Source: Bradyrhizobium sp.
GTDB taxonomy: Bacteria; Pseudomonadota; Alphaproteobacteria; Rhizobiales; Xanthobacteraceae
Length of the DNA stretch: 64,000 bases
Reading direction: 5' to 3'
Assembly (NCBI GenBank): GCA_018971675.1
Contig: JAGXAF010000001.1
Span: forward strand, 611 to 64,610
Both the position numbers and the translations under genes were made by a program. The notes beneath the pieces are model-generated. The model was given only the letters and a program-made list of their open reading frames with translations. It made no database searches and had not been told where the DNA came from. Positions 31,654 through 45,285 of the stretch are shown piece after piece (positions within the stretch are counted from its first letter, which is position 1; each line of letters starts with the position of its first letter).

Positions 31654-32193
31654 ATGACACGCATGATGCGCCGCCTGCTTCAGCCGCTCTGGGTTCTGCT
31701 CGCGATCATCTTCCTGATCGAGGCGTGGCTCTGGGATCATCTCGAGCCGATCGTCGCGTGGTTCGTGGCGCTGATCCCGCTGCACGCCTTCAAGCAATGG
31801 CTCGCCGAGCGCGTCGATTCGCTGTCGCCGGCGATGACGTTGATCGTGTTCATTGTGCCCGTGATTCCGCTGTTTCCGTTGAAGCTGGTCGGGTTCTGGC
31901 TGCTGGCCCACGAATACTGGATCAGCGCCGTCCTCACCATCATCTTCGCGAAGTTCCTCGGCGTCGGCGTCGCCGCGTTCATCTTCGATGTAACGCGGCC
32001 AAAGCTTCTGGAGATGGCGTGGTTCGAGAAGCTCTATCAGTTCGTGCTCGCGCTGCGCGCCAAGGCCAAGGCGCTGGTCGAGCCGATCAGGGTGCGCATC
32101 CTCGACCTGTTGCGCGGCGATGGCGAGGGCTGGTCGTCGCGCACGCTGCGCCTGATCCAGCGCTTCCGCAAAAGCGTGCGCGAAGCGCGGTAG
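31654..32193 (+). CDS. hypothetical membrane protein
   Basis: Several hydrophobic segments, GC3-rich codons; start could be 31663. Confidence 0.75.
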   Translation: MTRMMRRLLQPLWVLLAIIFLIEAWLWDHLEPIVAWFVALIPLHAFKQWLAERVDSLSPAMTLIVFIVPVIPLFPLKLVGFWLLAHEYWISAVLTIIFAKFLGVGVAAFIFDVTRPKLLEMAWFEKLYQFVLALRAKAKALVEPIRVRILDLLRGDGEGWSSRTLRLIQRFRKSVREAR

Positions 32194-32279
32194 CGCGCGG
32201 CTTGCGTCACCTCGAAAAAATAGAGCCGATGTCCATCGCACCTCTCCCATAGGGAGGGGTGAAGATGGGAAGGGCGCCG

Positions 32280-32870
32280 CTACGGCAGGTGCAGCAGATG
32301 CGGCATGAAGATGCCGAGCGCGGTGAATGCGACGCCCAGAAGTGTCAGCAGGCCCGAGATCCAGGCCAGCGCGAGCATGCCGGTGATGATGGTCGCCGAA
32401 GCCAGGACGATGCCGATCTGGAATGCCGCCGATGCCAGTTCATAGTGGTGGTATTTCGCCTGGGCGAGGTCGCGCTCTTCCTCGGCTACCTTGGCGCGCT
32501 CGGCAAGCTGCTCGGTGCCCTCCTTGGTCTCGGGCTCGGAGCGGTAGCGCGCCGCGGTCTTTTGCCAATCGTCGATCTGCTTCTGCACCGCGGCCTTGGC
32601 GGCATCGTCGCCTGCCGCGCTGAGGCTGAGCCTGGCCTGTTCCGCGGCTGTCTGCACCGTGGTGCGGCGGATGCTCTTGGCCTGGAAGAAGGCCCAGAGG
32701 TTCGAGGCTTCGACATTCTTGGCGATGGACTCGGTCTGGGCGCCCTTGCCGAGTGTCTCCGACAGCGCCAGACACAACGCAATCACGGCGATCAACAGCG
32801 CGATGTTCCGGTTCTCGTGTGAAGCTTCCTTGGCCTGGTCCGCCTGCTCCATGCTCTCATGTGCGCTCAT
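32280..32870 (-). CDS. DUF4337-like membrane protein
   Basis: ASNLWAFFQAKSIR, FQI.IVLAS motifs; RBS GGGAG before MSAHES. Confidence 0.8.
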   Translation of the reverse strand: MSAHESMEQADQAKEASHENRNIALLIAVIALCLALSETLGKGAQTESIAKNVEASNLWAFFQAKSIRRTTVQTAAEQARLSLSAAGDDAAKAAVQKQIDDWQKTAARYRSEPETKEGTEQLAERAKVAEEERDLAQAKYHHYELASAAFQIGIVLASATIITGMLALAWISGLLTLLGVAFTALGIFMPHLLHLP

Positions 32871-32976
32871 GGTACACTCCCGCTGCCTGACAGGCTTCAG
32901 GATTGACCGAACGGCATATCCGGCGCAAGGGGGCAAGCATGGCGATCGGGCTATCGCGAGGTTGATAACGCCCCGG

Positions 32977-33954
32977 TCAGGCGCGCGGATGGGCGTTGCG
33001 ATACACTTCCAGCAGCCGCTCGCTGTCGATGCCGGTGTAGATTTGCGTGGTCGAGAGCGAGGCGTGGCCGAGCAATTCCTGGATCGCGCGCAGATCGCCG
33101 CCGCGGCTCAGCAGATGGGTGGCGAACGAATGCCGCAAGGCGTGCGGCGTCGCGCTGTCCGGCAGGCCGAGTGCGCCGCGCAACCGCTTCATGGTGAGCT
33201 GGATGATGCGCGCTTTCAGCGGACCGCCGCGCGCGCCGACAAACATCGGCCCCTCCGGCGGCAACGGGTGCGGACACATCGCGGCATAATCCTGCACCAG
33301 CGCCAGCACGTTTTGCAGCACCGGGACCATGCGGGTCTTGTTGCCCTTGCCGGTCACGATGATCACGTCGCCTTCACCGGGCCCCGGCACCTCGCGGCGC
33401 TTCAGGCCGAGCGCCTCGGAAATGCGCAGTCCCGATCCATATAAGAGCGCCATCACGGCGGCGTCGCGCGCCCAGATCCAGGGATCGCGATCCTCGCCGG
33501 CGCGCTCGTCGGCATCGGCGAGGCGTTTTGCCGCCGCGATCTGGATCGGCTTCGGCAGGCTCTTGCCGATTTTGGGCGCACGGATCGCCGACAACGCGCC
33601 GACCCTGCCCTTGCCCTCGCGTTCAAGGAAACGCCCAAACGAGCGCAGGCCGGCGAGCGACCGCGCCAGCGAGCGTCCGCCGATATCGTCGGCACGCCGC
33701 ATCGCCAGGAACGAGCGAATATCCGTAGCCTCGAGCGCGGCGAAGCGCTTCAGCGTCACCTGCGCCCCCCAATGCTCGGCGAGGAAGGCGAGGCACTGGC
33801 GAACGTCGCGGGCATAGGCTTCCAGCGTCTTCGCCGACAGCCGCCGCTCGGCGCGCAGATGCGACAGCCAGCGCATCACCTCCAGCGACAGCGTCTCGTC
33901 GGCGCAGGTGAGCTCCAGGGGCTGGACTTCGGTTTTGGCTCGGGCCTTGGCCAT
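32977..33954 (-). CDS. xerC: tyrosine recombinase XerC
   Basis: LYGSGLRISE, GKGNK.R, TPHALRHSFATHLL, LGHASLSTTQIYT; divergent from priA. Confidence 0.92.
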   Translation of the reverse strand: MAKARAKTEVQPLELTCADETLSLEVMRWLSHLRAERRLSAKTLEAYARDVRQCLAFLAEHWGAQVTLKRFAALEATDIRSFLAMRRADDIGGRSLARSLAGLRSFGRFLEREGKGRVGALSAIRAPKIGKSLPKPIQIAAAKRLADADERAGEDRDPWIWARDAAVMALLYGSGLRISEALGLKRREVPGPGEGDVIIVTGKGNKTRMVPVLQNVLALVQDYAAMCPHPLPPEGPMFVGARGGPLKARIIQLTMKRLRGALGLPDSATPHALRHSFATHLLSRGGDLRAIQELLGHASLSTTQIYTGIDSERLLEVYRNAHPRA

Positions 33955-34109
33955 TGAGCTGCCTTCAGCGTGATTTGCGAACATTATATATCGCACCTCT
34001 TTCGTTTACCGTTGGCTAACTCGCGCCAACCCTCCGCGGCGGAGGCTGGTCCCCGCCGCCATGCGGTCTTAAGTTAGCGGCGCTTTCCGCCCGGCGAGAT
34101 TGATTCCCG

Positions 34110-36320
34110 ATGGACCATTCGATCCGCGCCTCCACCTCCGCCGCATCGTCGACGCGAATCGTCGACGTGCTGGTGCCGGTCGCGCTCAATCAGGCCTATT
34201 CCTATCGGGTGCCGCGCGGCATGGAGCTCAAGCCCGGCGACGTCGTCTGCGTACCGCTCGGGCCACGCCAGGTGGTTGCGGTGGTTTGGGCGGAAAACGC
34301 CAGGCCCGCCCCGCGCCTGCACAACCGCCTCAAGGACGTCGGCGAAAAGCTCGACGTGCCGCCCTTGAGGGAGGAACTGCGCTCGCTGGTCGATTGGGTT
34401 TCGAACTACACGCTGTCGGCACGCGGCATGGTGCTGCGCATGACCTTGCGGATGGGCGAAAACCTCGGCCCCGAGCGGGCGCGGGTCGGGGTGCGGCTGG
34501 TCGGCGAACCTCCGCCGCGCATGACGCCGGCGCGGCGGCGCGTCATCGCGTGCCTGTCCGACGGTCTTCTACATGGCAAATCGGATGCGGCGCGCGAGGC
34601 CGGCGTCTCGGCCGGCGTGATTGACGGCCTCGTCGACGAAGGCACGCTGGCGACGGAAGTCATGCCGCCTCCACCGCCGCCGCCTGCGCCGGATCCGGCC
34701 TTCGCGCAGCCGCAATTCTCGCGCCAGCAGCGCAGCGCGGTCGACGCGATGCGGACGCTGGCGGCGAATGGCAGCTTTCACACCGCGCTGCTCGATGGCG
34801 TCACCGGCTCGGGCAAGACCGAAGTCTATTTCGAGGCGATCGCCGAGACGATCCGGCGCGGCAGGCAATCGCTGATCCTGATGCCGGAGATCGCGCTGAC
34901 CGGCCAGTTTCTCGATCGCTTCGCCGCCCGCTTCGGCGCCAGACCTCTGGAATGGCACTCCGAGCTGACGCCGCGCACCCGCGCACGCAACTGGGCGGCG
35001 ATCGCCTCGGGGGCCGCGCCTGTCGTCGTCGGAGCTCGCTCGGCGCTGTTCATGCCCTATGCCGATCTCGGACTCATCGTCGTGGATGAGGAACACGACC
35101 AGGCCTACAAGCAGGACGACGGCGCACACTACCATGCCCGTGATATGGCGGTGGTGCGCGCGCATATCGCCGGGATTCCCGTGGTGCTGGCGTCGGCGAC
35201 GCCGTCGGTCGAGACCGAAGTCAACGCCCGCAAGGGGCGCTATCAGCGCGTGGCGCTGCCGTCGCGGTTCGGAGGCCAGCACCTGCCGCATATCGAGGCG
35301 ATTGATCTCAGGCGCGAGCCGCCGCCGCGCGGGCGTTTCATCTCGCCGCGGCTGGCCGACGAGATCAGGAATGCGGTCGAGCGGCGCGAACAGGCGCTGT
35401 TGTTCCTCAACCGCCGCGGCTACGCGCCGCTGACCCTGTGCCGGGCTTGCGGACATCGCTTTGCCTGCACGATCTGCGATGCGTGGCTGGTCGATCACCG
35501 CTTCCGCCAGCGGCTGGTATGCCATCATTGCGGCTTCTCGACGCCGCGCCCGCGGGCCTGTCCGCATTGCCAGGCCGAGGAGACCCTGGTTGCGGTCGGG
35601 CCCGGCGTCGAGCGCTTGCAGGAAGAGGCGGCGGCACTGTTCCCGGACTCGCGCACCATGGTGCTGTCAAGCGACCTGATCACCTCGGTCGAGACCATGC
35701 GTTCGGAATTGAACGAGATTGCGGAGGGCCGCGTCGATATCATCATCGGCACGCAGCTGGTGGCGAAGGGGCATCATTTTCCGCGGCTCAATCTGGTCGG
35801 CGTGGTCGATGCCGATCTCGGCCTCAACAATGGCGACCCCCGCGCCGCCGAGCGCACCTTCCAGTTGCTCAACCAGGTGATCGGCCGTGCCGGGCGCGAG
35901 CAGGGCCGCGGCGTCGGCTATCTGCAGACGCACCAGCCCGATCATCCCGTGATGAAGGCGCTGGTGGCCTGCGACCGCGAGGCGTTTTACGGGAGCGAGA
36001 TCGCATCGCGCGAACGCGCGGGCTATCCGCCGTTCGGACGGCTGGCGAGCCTGATCGTCTCGGCCGGCGACCGGCCGAGCGCGGAAGGGTTTGCCCGCAA
36101 GCTCGCCTCGATCGCGCCGATCGACGAGCGGATTCAGGTGCTCGGCCCCGCCGAAGCGCCCCTTGCGGTGATCAAGGGTCGCTACCGTTTCCGCTTGTTG
36201 GTGAAATCGCTGCGCAATGTCGACCTTTCCGACTATCTGCGGCAATGGCTCGCGGTCGCGCCCAAGACCAGGGGCAATCTCAAGCTCGAAGTGGACGTCG
36301 ATCCGCAGAGCTTCCTGTAG
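34110..36320 (+). CDS. priA: primosomal protein N'
   Basis: GVTGSGKTE, DEEH, Cys-rich zinc motifs, GTQLVAKG. Confidence 0.97.
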   Translation: MDHSIRASTSAASSTRIVDVLVPVALNQAYSYRVPRGMELKPGDVVCVPLGPRQVVAVVWAENARPAPRLHNRLKDVGEKLDVPPLREELRSLVDWVSNYTLSARGMVLRMTLRMGENLGPERARVGVRLVGEPPPRMTPARRRVIACLSDGLLHGKSDAAREAGVSAGVIDGLVDEGTLATEVMPPPPPPPAPDPAFAQPQFSRQQRSAVDAMRTLAANGSFHTALLDGVTGSGKTEVYFEAIAETIRRGRQSLILMPEIALTGQFLDRFAARFGARPLEWHSELTPRTRARNWAAIASGAAPVVVGARSALFMPYADLGLIVVDEEHDQAYKQDDGAHYHARDMAVVRAHIAGIPVVLASATPSVETEVNARKGRYQRVALPSRFGGQHLPHIEAIDLRREPPPRGRFISPRLADEIRNAVERREQALLFLNRRGYAPLTLCRACGHRFACTICDAWLVDHRFRQRLVCHHCGFSTPRPRACPHCQAEETLVAVGPGVERLQEEAAALFPDSRTMVLSSDLITSVETMRSELNEIAEGRVDIIIGTQLVAKGHHFPRLNLVGVVDADLGLNNGDPRAAERTFQLLNQVIGRAGREQGRGVGYLQTHQPDHPVMKALVACDREAFYGSEIASRERAGYPPFGRLASLIVSAGDRPSAEGFARKLASIAPIDERIQVLGPAEAPLAVIKGRYRFRLLVKSLRNVDLSDYLRQWLAVAPKTRGNLKLEVDVDPQSFL

Positions 36321-36331
36321 TCCGGAAAGCG

Positions 36332-36371
36332 AAAAAAAGCCCGCCGTCATTTGCGACGACAGGCTTTTCTT
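36332..36371. terminator. bidirectional intrinsic terminator between priA and rlpA-like
   Basis: AAAAAAAGCC..GTC-loop-GAC..GGCTTTTCTT. Confidence 0.7.
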
Positions 36372-36440
36372 GAGTGCGCAGGAACCCCTGCGACGGTACG
36401 CAACGCAACACTTACGCGAGTTAAAGGATCTGGAGCGCCG

Positions 36441-36974
36441 TCAGGAGACGACTTCGGCGGTGACGCGGCCGACGCCGGCGCTGGTCAGGCCGAGGGCACG
36501 GGCGGCGCCGGTCGAAAGGTCAAGTACCCGGCCACGCACGAACGGGCCACGGTCATTGACAGTGACGACGACGCTGCGGCCGCCGTGGGTGACGCGCAGC
36601 TTGGTGCCGAAGGGCAACGAGCGGTGGGCACAGGTCATGGCGCTGGCGTTCATGCGCTGGCCCGAGGCGGTCCGGCTGCCGGACTCATTACCGTAATAGG
36701 AAGCCATGCCCGAGAAAGTGCGGCCGGCGCCAGAGAAGGCGTGCCCGGTGGCTGAGGAGTGTGCGAAGGAGGCGTTGGCATCGCGCCAGGAAGACCCGGC
36801 CGCGGCAACGTTGCTGGTATGATGGTGATGCCAGGCGTGGTGACGGTAGTGGCGATGGGATTTTGCCGAAGCCTCCGAAATGCCCCCGCCGAACACGACG
36901 GTTGCGGCGAGAACAGCGAGTGCTGTGCGTGACCCAGTAAGAGTTCCGAGCGCTGGCTTTTTAGTTACGATCAT
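36441..36974 (-). CDS. septal ring lytic transglycosylase RlpA-family protein (DPBB domain)
   Basis: Signal peptide, His-rich linker, GMASYY..TASG..AH.SLPFGT, VNDRGPF..GR.LDLS. Confidence 0.9.
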   Translation of the reverse strand: MIVTKKPALGTLTGSRTALAVLAATVVFGGGISEASAKSHRHYRHHAWHHHHTSNVAAAGSSWRDANASFAHSSATGHAFSGAGRTFSGMASYYGNESGSRTASGQRMNASAMTCAHRSLPFGTKLRVTHGGRSVVVTVNDRGPFVRGRVLDLSTGAARALGLTSAGVGRVTAEVVS

Positions 36975-37157
36975 ATATCTGTCCCTCAAGATAGTATTGC
37001 CACAAATGTGACAAGTGGAGCCCCCGTTGCGGTTGCGACGGGGCGCCGTTTGGTCAGTGAATAAGGCGTGAGTTTGGCAGTATAGCTCTTTTGTATCGCG
37101 CTGAAATATCTTGTGAGGGAACAAAGGTAATCAGCCAGTAACCATTCATCTTTTGGT

Positions 37158-37173
37158 TTAACAAATAATTAAC
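37158..37173. promoter_or_regulatory. CtrA-binding box
   Basis: Perfect TTAA-CAAATAA-TTAAC in an AT-rich patch upstream of rlpA-like; second degenerate box GTAA-N7-GTAACCAT at 37127-37145. Confidence 0.7.
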
Positions 37174-37627
37174 CAATTAATTACTTTGAATTACTTGTAA
37201 AGTAAGCTTTCAGCTGACGTGACGAGATTTACGCAAGTAATGGGCTGACGGAACGACTCAGGCCAGCCGGCGCCGTTTCTGGCGACTACGTCATCGATTC
37301 ATTCAGCGGAACGCGGAACAATTTTGGGTTCCGGAGACGATAGCCTGCAGCCACGTGATTCGTTCTCGCCGTGCGGCAGCGGATTTCTTCGGAAACACCG
37401 GCGTGAAAAAATGCCGGCGCGCGCGCTGCGACAGGGCATCGCGAGATAGGCCCGTCATGTTGCACCTGCGCGCCTGCTATGTTAGCAAAGCCGCGATTTT
37501 TTACGGTTCCGGCACTTCGTGCCGGTCGAAAATCGAAGTCCCGCTTGAATTCCAAGGGCTTGAATGGGCGCCGCAGCGTGGCGACGGTTTTTGCCTTGCG
37601 AATTTGACAGCTGAAAAGAGCGCGCTT

Positions 37628-39717
<2,090 letters not shown>

Positions 39718-39726
39718 TAGACAGAG

Positions 39727-39755
39727 GTCATGCCCGCGACAATCCCGGGCATGAC
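39727..39755. repeat. collapsed REP (GTCATGCCC...GGGCATGAC)
   Basis: Termini resemble the element at 57915-58075, interior missing. Confidence 0.65.
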
Positions 39756-39812
39756 GACCAGGACAGGCAAGCGGCTTGATCGAAGGGTTCGGACCGCCGG
39801 GGTGAACGAAGA

Positions 39813-42181
<2,369 letters not shown>

Positions 42182-42184
42182 GCG

Positions 42185-42264
42185 AGCGAATGGCGAACAG
42201 GGAGTGGCAAGTAGAAAGCTGCTCTCTTCCCTCGCCACTCGCTATTCGCCACTCACCATTCGCT
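42185..42264. repeat. heptamer-built imperfect palindrome (GCGAATG/CATTCGC family)
   Basis: AGCGAATGGCGAACAGGGAGTGGC...GCCACTCGCTATTCGCCACTCACCATTCGCT between atpD and atpC. Confidence 0.75.
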
Positions 42265-42274
42265 AGGTACTCCC

Positions 42275-42682
42275 ATGGCCACCTTCCACTTCGATCTCGT
42301 CTCTCCTGAAAAGCTCGCCTTCTCCGGCGAAGTCGACCAGGTTGACGTTCCCGGCGTCGAAGGTGATTTCGGCGTACTCGCCGGTCATGCGCCGGTTGTG
42401 GCCGCGATCCGGCCGGGTATCATGGTCGTGACGCAAGGCGGCACGCATCGGAAGATCATCGTGCTCGGCGGTCTTGCGGAGGTCAACGAAAAGGGCCTTA
42501 CCGTGCTCGCCGATGTCGCAACCTCGCTCGAGGAGCTGGACCGGCAGGCCTTCGCCGACCAGATCGCCGGTATGGAAGCCAAGCTCGCCGAAAAGGAAGG
42601 CTCGGAGCTCGACCGCGCCATCGAGCGACTCGATCACTTCAAGAGCATCCAGCACCAGCTCAACACGACGGCGATGCACTAA
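42275..42682 (+). CDS. atpC: F1 ATP synthase epsilon
   Basis: LVSPE, GDFGVL.GHAP, GG.AEV. Confidence 0.97.
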   Translation: MATFHFDLVSPEKLAFSGEVDQVDVPGVEGDFGVLAGHAPVVAAIRPGIMVVTQGGTHRKIIVLGGLAEVNEKGLTVLADVATSLEELDRQAFADQIAGMEAKLAEKEGSELDRAIERLDHFKSIQHQLNTTAMH

Positions 42683-42683
42683 T

Positions 42684-43187
42684 TCAGTAGCTGGTGAACT
42701 TCGCGAACCGCAGCGCCACCGCGCGATAGACCTCGCGCCGGAACGGCACCACGAGATCGGCGACGCGGTCGAGCCGCTCCCAACGCCATTGGTCGAATTC
42801 CGCCGGCTGGCCATTGCGCGACTGCAACGGGTCGATCTCGTCGTCGCGTCCGGTAAAGCGCAATGCGAACCATTTCTGGCGCTGGCCGCGGAATTTCGCC
42901 AGCCGATGCGATGGCGGGCCGGAGTAGGGCGCAAATTCGTAAGTCAGCCAATCGGTCTCATCGAGATATTCAGCATCCCTTGCGCCGGTCTCTTCCCAGA
43001 GTTCGCGCATCACCGCCTCGCGCGGATTTTCGTTTTCGTCGATGCCGCCTTGCGGCATCTGCCATTCGAGGCCAGGCAGCACGATTTCCGGCCCGTCGTC
43101 CCTGAAACGCCGGCCGATCAGCACGTGCCCCGAGGCGTTGAACAGTGCGACGCCGGCATTGGGACGGTACGGTCTTGTCTCAGCCAT
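42684..43187 (-). CDS. rppH: RNA pyrophosphohydrolase (Nudix), paralogue 2
   Basis: YRPN.G, WQMPQGGID...A..REL.EETG, GQ.QKWF. Confidence 0.88.
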   Translation of the reverse strand: MAETRPYRPNAGVALFNASGHVLIGRRFRDDGPEIVLPGLEWQMPQGGIDENENPREAVMRELWEETGARDAEYLDETDWLTYEFAPYSGPPSHRLAKFRGQRQKWFALRFTGRDDEIDPLQSRNGQPAEFDQWRWERLDRVADLVVPFRREVYRAVALRFAKFTSY

Positions 43188-43208
43188 CGGGATCGGCTTT
43201 GCGCGCTC

Positions 43209-43262
43209 AAGCGTTTTCGGGCGAAGGGGGATCGGGTTCGCTTAAGGAAAACGCATCAAAAA
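43209..43262 (+). repeat. degenerate family A repeat
   Basis: AGCGTTTTCGGGCGAAGGGGGATCGGGTTCGCTTAAGGAAAACGCATCAAA. Confidence 0.65.
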
Positions 43263-43263
43263 A

Positions 43264-43767
43264 CTAATCGCCCGCGAGCTTTGCGAATTCCTTCACCACG
43301 CGCTCATAGACCGGCCGCTTGAACGGAACGATCAGACCGGGGAGGTTTTTCATCGGCTCCCACCGCCAGCCGACGAATTCGGCCTTGTGGCCGCCGCCCG
43401 GGCTGGCGACGTTGATTTCCGCATCGTCGCCGGTGAAGCGAAGCGCGAACCATTTTTGCCGCTGGCCGCGATAGCGCCCCTTCCAGGTGCGGCCGGCCAC
43501 GGTACGCGGGATGTCATAGGTCAGCCAGTCCGCGATCTCGCCAAGCTTTTCGACCGAACGGACGCTGGTTTCCTCGTAGAGTTCGCGCCTGGCCGCTTGC
43601 CAGGTGTCCTCGCCGGGATCGACGCCGCCTTGCGGCATCTGCCAGACATGAGCATCATCGACATGCTCGATGCCGCCGGCGCGGCGGCCGACGAAGACGC
43701 GCCCCGCTGCATTGAGCAACATCATGCCGACGCAGGTCCGGTAGGGCAGGTCCTCGTAACGCGCCAT
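43264..43767 (-). CDS. rppH: RNA pyrophosphohydrolase (Nudix), paralogue 1
   Basis: [15 protein letters not shown]...AARREL.EETS, GQ.QKWF, PFKR.VY. Confidence 0.9.
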   Translation of the reverse strand: MARYEDLPYRTCVGMMLLNAAGRVFVGRRAGGIEHVDDAHVWQMPQGGVDPGEDTWQAARRELYEETSVRSVEKLGEIADWLTYDIPRTVAGRTWKGRYRGQRQKWFALRFTGDDAEINVASPGGGHKAEFVGWRWEPMKNLPGLIVPFKRPVYERVVKEFAKLAGD

Positions 43768-43852
43768 CCGTGAAGGCCTCTTGTCGCTTCGGGCTCGATG
43801 CTGCGGGCGAGACGTCGGCCGGTCAAAGGTCGACCGTTTTCCGGATCCTGTC

Positions 43853-45052
43853 CTAGCTTGATTTTGATTTCAGCATCGCGGTTGTCAATGGCACCAGCAT
43901 GATGCCATGGCTTTCCAGCGTCCTGGACCAGGCGTCAATCCGCTCGATCGAGACCGGAAGCGCCGTGGCGACGCCAATGGCGGTGCCGTGGTCTTTCGCC
44001 AGCGTCTCGAGATTGGCGAGCGCGCGGTCGATTTCGACCGCGGTTGGCACGGTATCGATGCTGACATCGGCCTTGGCGAACGGCATGGCCTGGCCTGCCG
44101 CCACCGAGGCGGCGACACTGCGCGGCGACGACCCGTCATCGAAATAGCCAAGTCCCCGCTTGGCCGCCTCGCGGATGATCGGCTGCATCACCGCATCGGC
44201 GGCCACGAAACGGCCTCCCATGAAATTGGCGATGCCGGCATAACCCTGGAACCGGCTGAGATCCCAATGCAGCCGGTCGAGATTTTGTTCCGGGCTTAGT
44301 GTCGTAAGCAGGGTTTGCGGGCCGGGATCGTTGTCGGGATAATCGAACGGCTCCATCGGAATCTGCAGCAGGATCTCATGACGCTGCGCGCGCGCCCGCT
44401 CTGCAAGCTTGCCCGGGTCCGAGCCGTAGGGGGTGAACGCCAGCGTCACCGCGGATGGCAGTTTCATGATGGCATCGGTGGTCTTTGCCGCACCGACGCC
44501 AAGGCCGCCGACAACGACGGCGATCACCGGCATTTTCGCCGCCTTCGCACGGTCGGCTTCGGCCGCGTAGACCGTGAATGGCTTCAGTCCATCGGCGGCC
44601 ACCGGGATCATCCCGTAGCGCGATTTTTCGAGCAGCCGCGGGTCTATCCCGGTCATCATCGCCGGAAACGTCGAAGCAGCTTCGGCCTTGTCGCTGCCGT
44701 CGTCGGGCCCTATCGGGACTTCGTGGCGGGCGCCGCTCGAGCCGTCGATCATGGTCACCGTTTGCTGGCTGCCCGATGCGGCCTGCTTGGGCGCGGTCTT
44801 CGCCGCCGGCTCGGGCGAATGGGCGGCCGCGGGCCTTTCGCCCGGGCTCTCCTGCGGGATCGCGATGCGCACGATCGGCTCGCCGCCGAACGGGTTGTCA
44901 TTGAAGATCGCAAAACCCGCGAAGGTCGCCAGCGACAGGCCCAGCAGCGCCGCGAGCGCCTGCATGGCGGTAAAAGGCAGCCGAAACCGGCGCTTGGCGC
45001 GCACGGCGCCCTGTCCAAGCGGTGCGCTCAGATCGTCGGCCGTCTCTGCCAT
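43853..45052 (-). CDS. divergent polysaccharide deacetylase family protein (YibQ-like)
   Basis: [26 protein letters not shown]; follows ctpA. Confidence 0.88.
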   Translation of the reverse strand: MAETADDLSAPLGQGAVRAKRRFRLPFTAMQALAALLGLSLATFAGFAIFNDNPFGGEPIVRIAIPQESPGERPAAAHSPEPAAKTAPKQAASGSQQTVTMIDGSSGARHEVPIGPDDGSDKAEAASTFPAMMTGIDPRLLEKSRYGMIPVAADGLKPFTVYAAEADRAKAAKMPVIAVVVGGLGVGAAKTTDAIMKLPSAVTLAFTPYGSDPGKLAERARAQRHEILLQIPMEPFDYPDNDPGPQTLLTTLSPEQNLDRLHWDLSRFQGYAGIANFMGGRFVAADAVMQPIIREAAKRGLGYFDDGSSPRSVAASVAAGQAMPFAKADVSIDTVPTAVEIDRALANLETLAKDHGTAIGVATALPVSIERIDAWSRTLESHGIMLVPLTTAMLKSKSS

Positions 45053-45191
45053 GGATCTCCCCGAATCAGACCGGCCGAAGATACCACGGCCGGCCCATTC
45101 AGCCGCACATCGCAAGCTCAGGCAATTCGGCTTGGCCGGATCCTTGACCGGCGCGCCGCCGCCGGAACCCATGCCGCAACAGCGCGGCCCC

Positions 45192-45261
45192 AGGTCGCCT
45201 CAAAAGGTCGCCTCAAAAGGTCGCCTTTTCAAAAGGCCGCCTTCTCAAGATCGCCTTTCAA
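45192..45261. repeat. intergenic tandem repeat, ~5 units of 13-16 bp (AGGTCGCCTCAAA)
   Basis: aggtcgcctcaaa aggtcgcctcaaa aggtcgccttttcaaa aggccgccttctcaa gatcgcctttcaa. Confidence 0.85.
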
Positions 45262-45285
45262 CCCGGCCCGCCGGGCGAAGTACGA

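Noticed and set aside
32977-33954. Tyrosine recombinase as a possible phage or island integrase
   Set aside because: Motifs and the lpdA-xerC-priA context identify chromosomal XerC; no att sites or mobile genes nearby.
37286-37555. 89-aa ORF and the long 5' extension of atpH in the ORF track
   Set aside because: No homology cues; atpH fits a GTG start at 37628 and the region reads as promoter/leader.
45192-45261. CRISPR-like appearance of short repeats (also 60454-60500)
   Set aside because: Units are 13-16 bp and adjacent without unique spacers; no cas genes.
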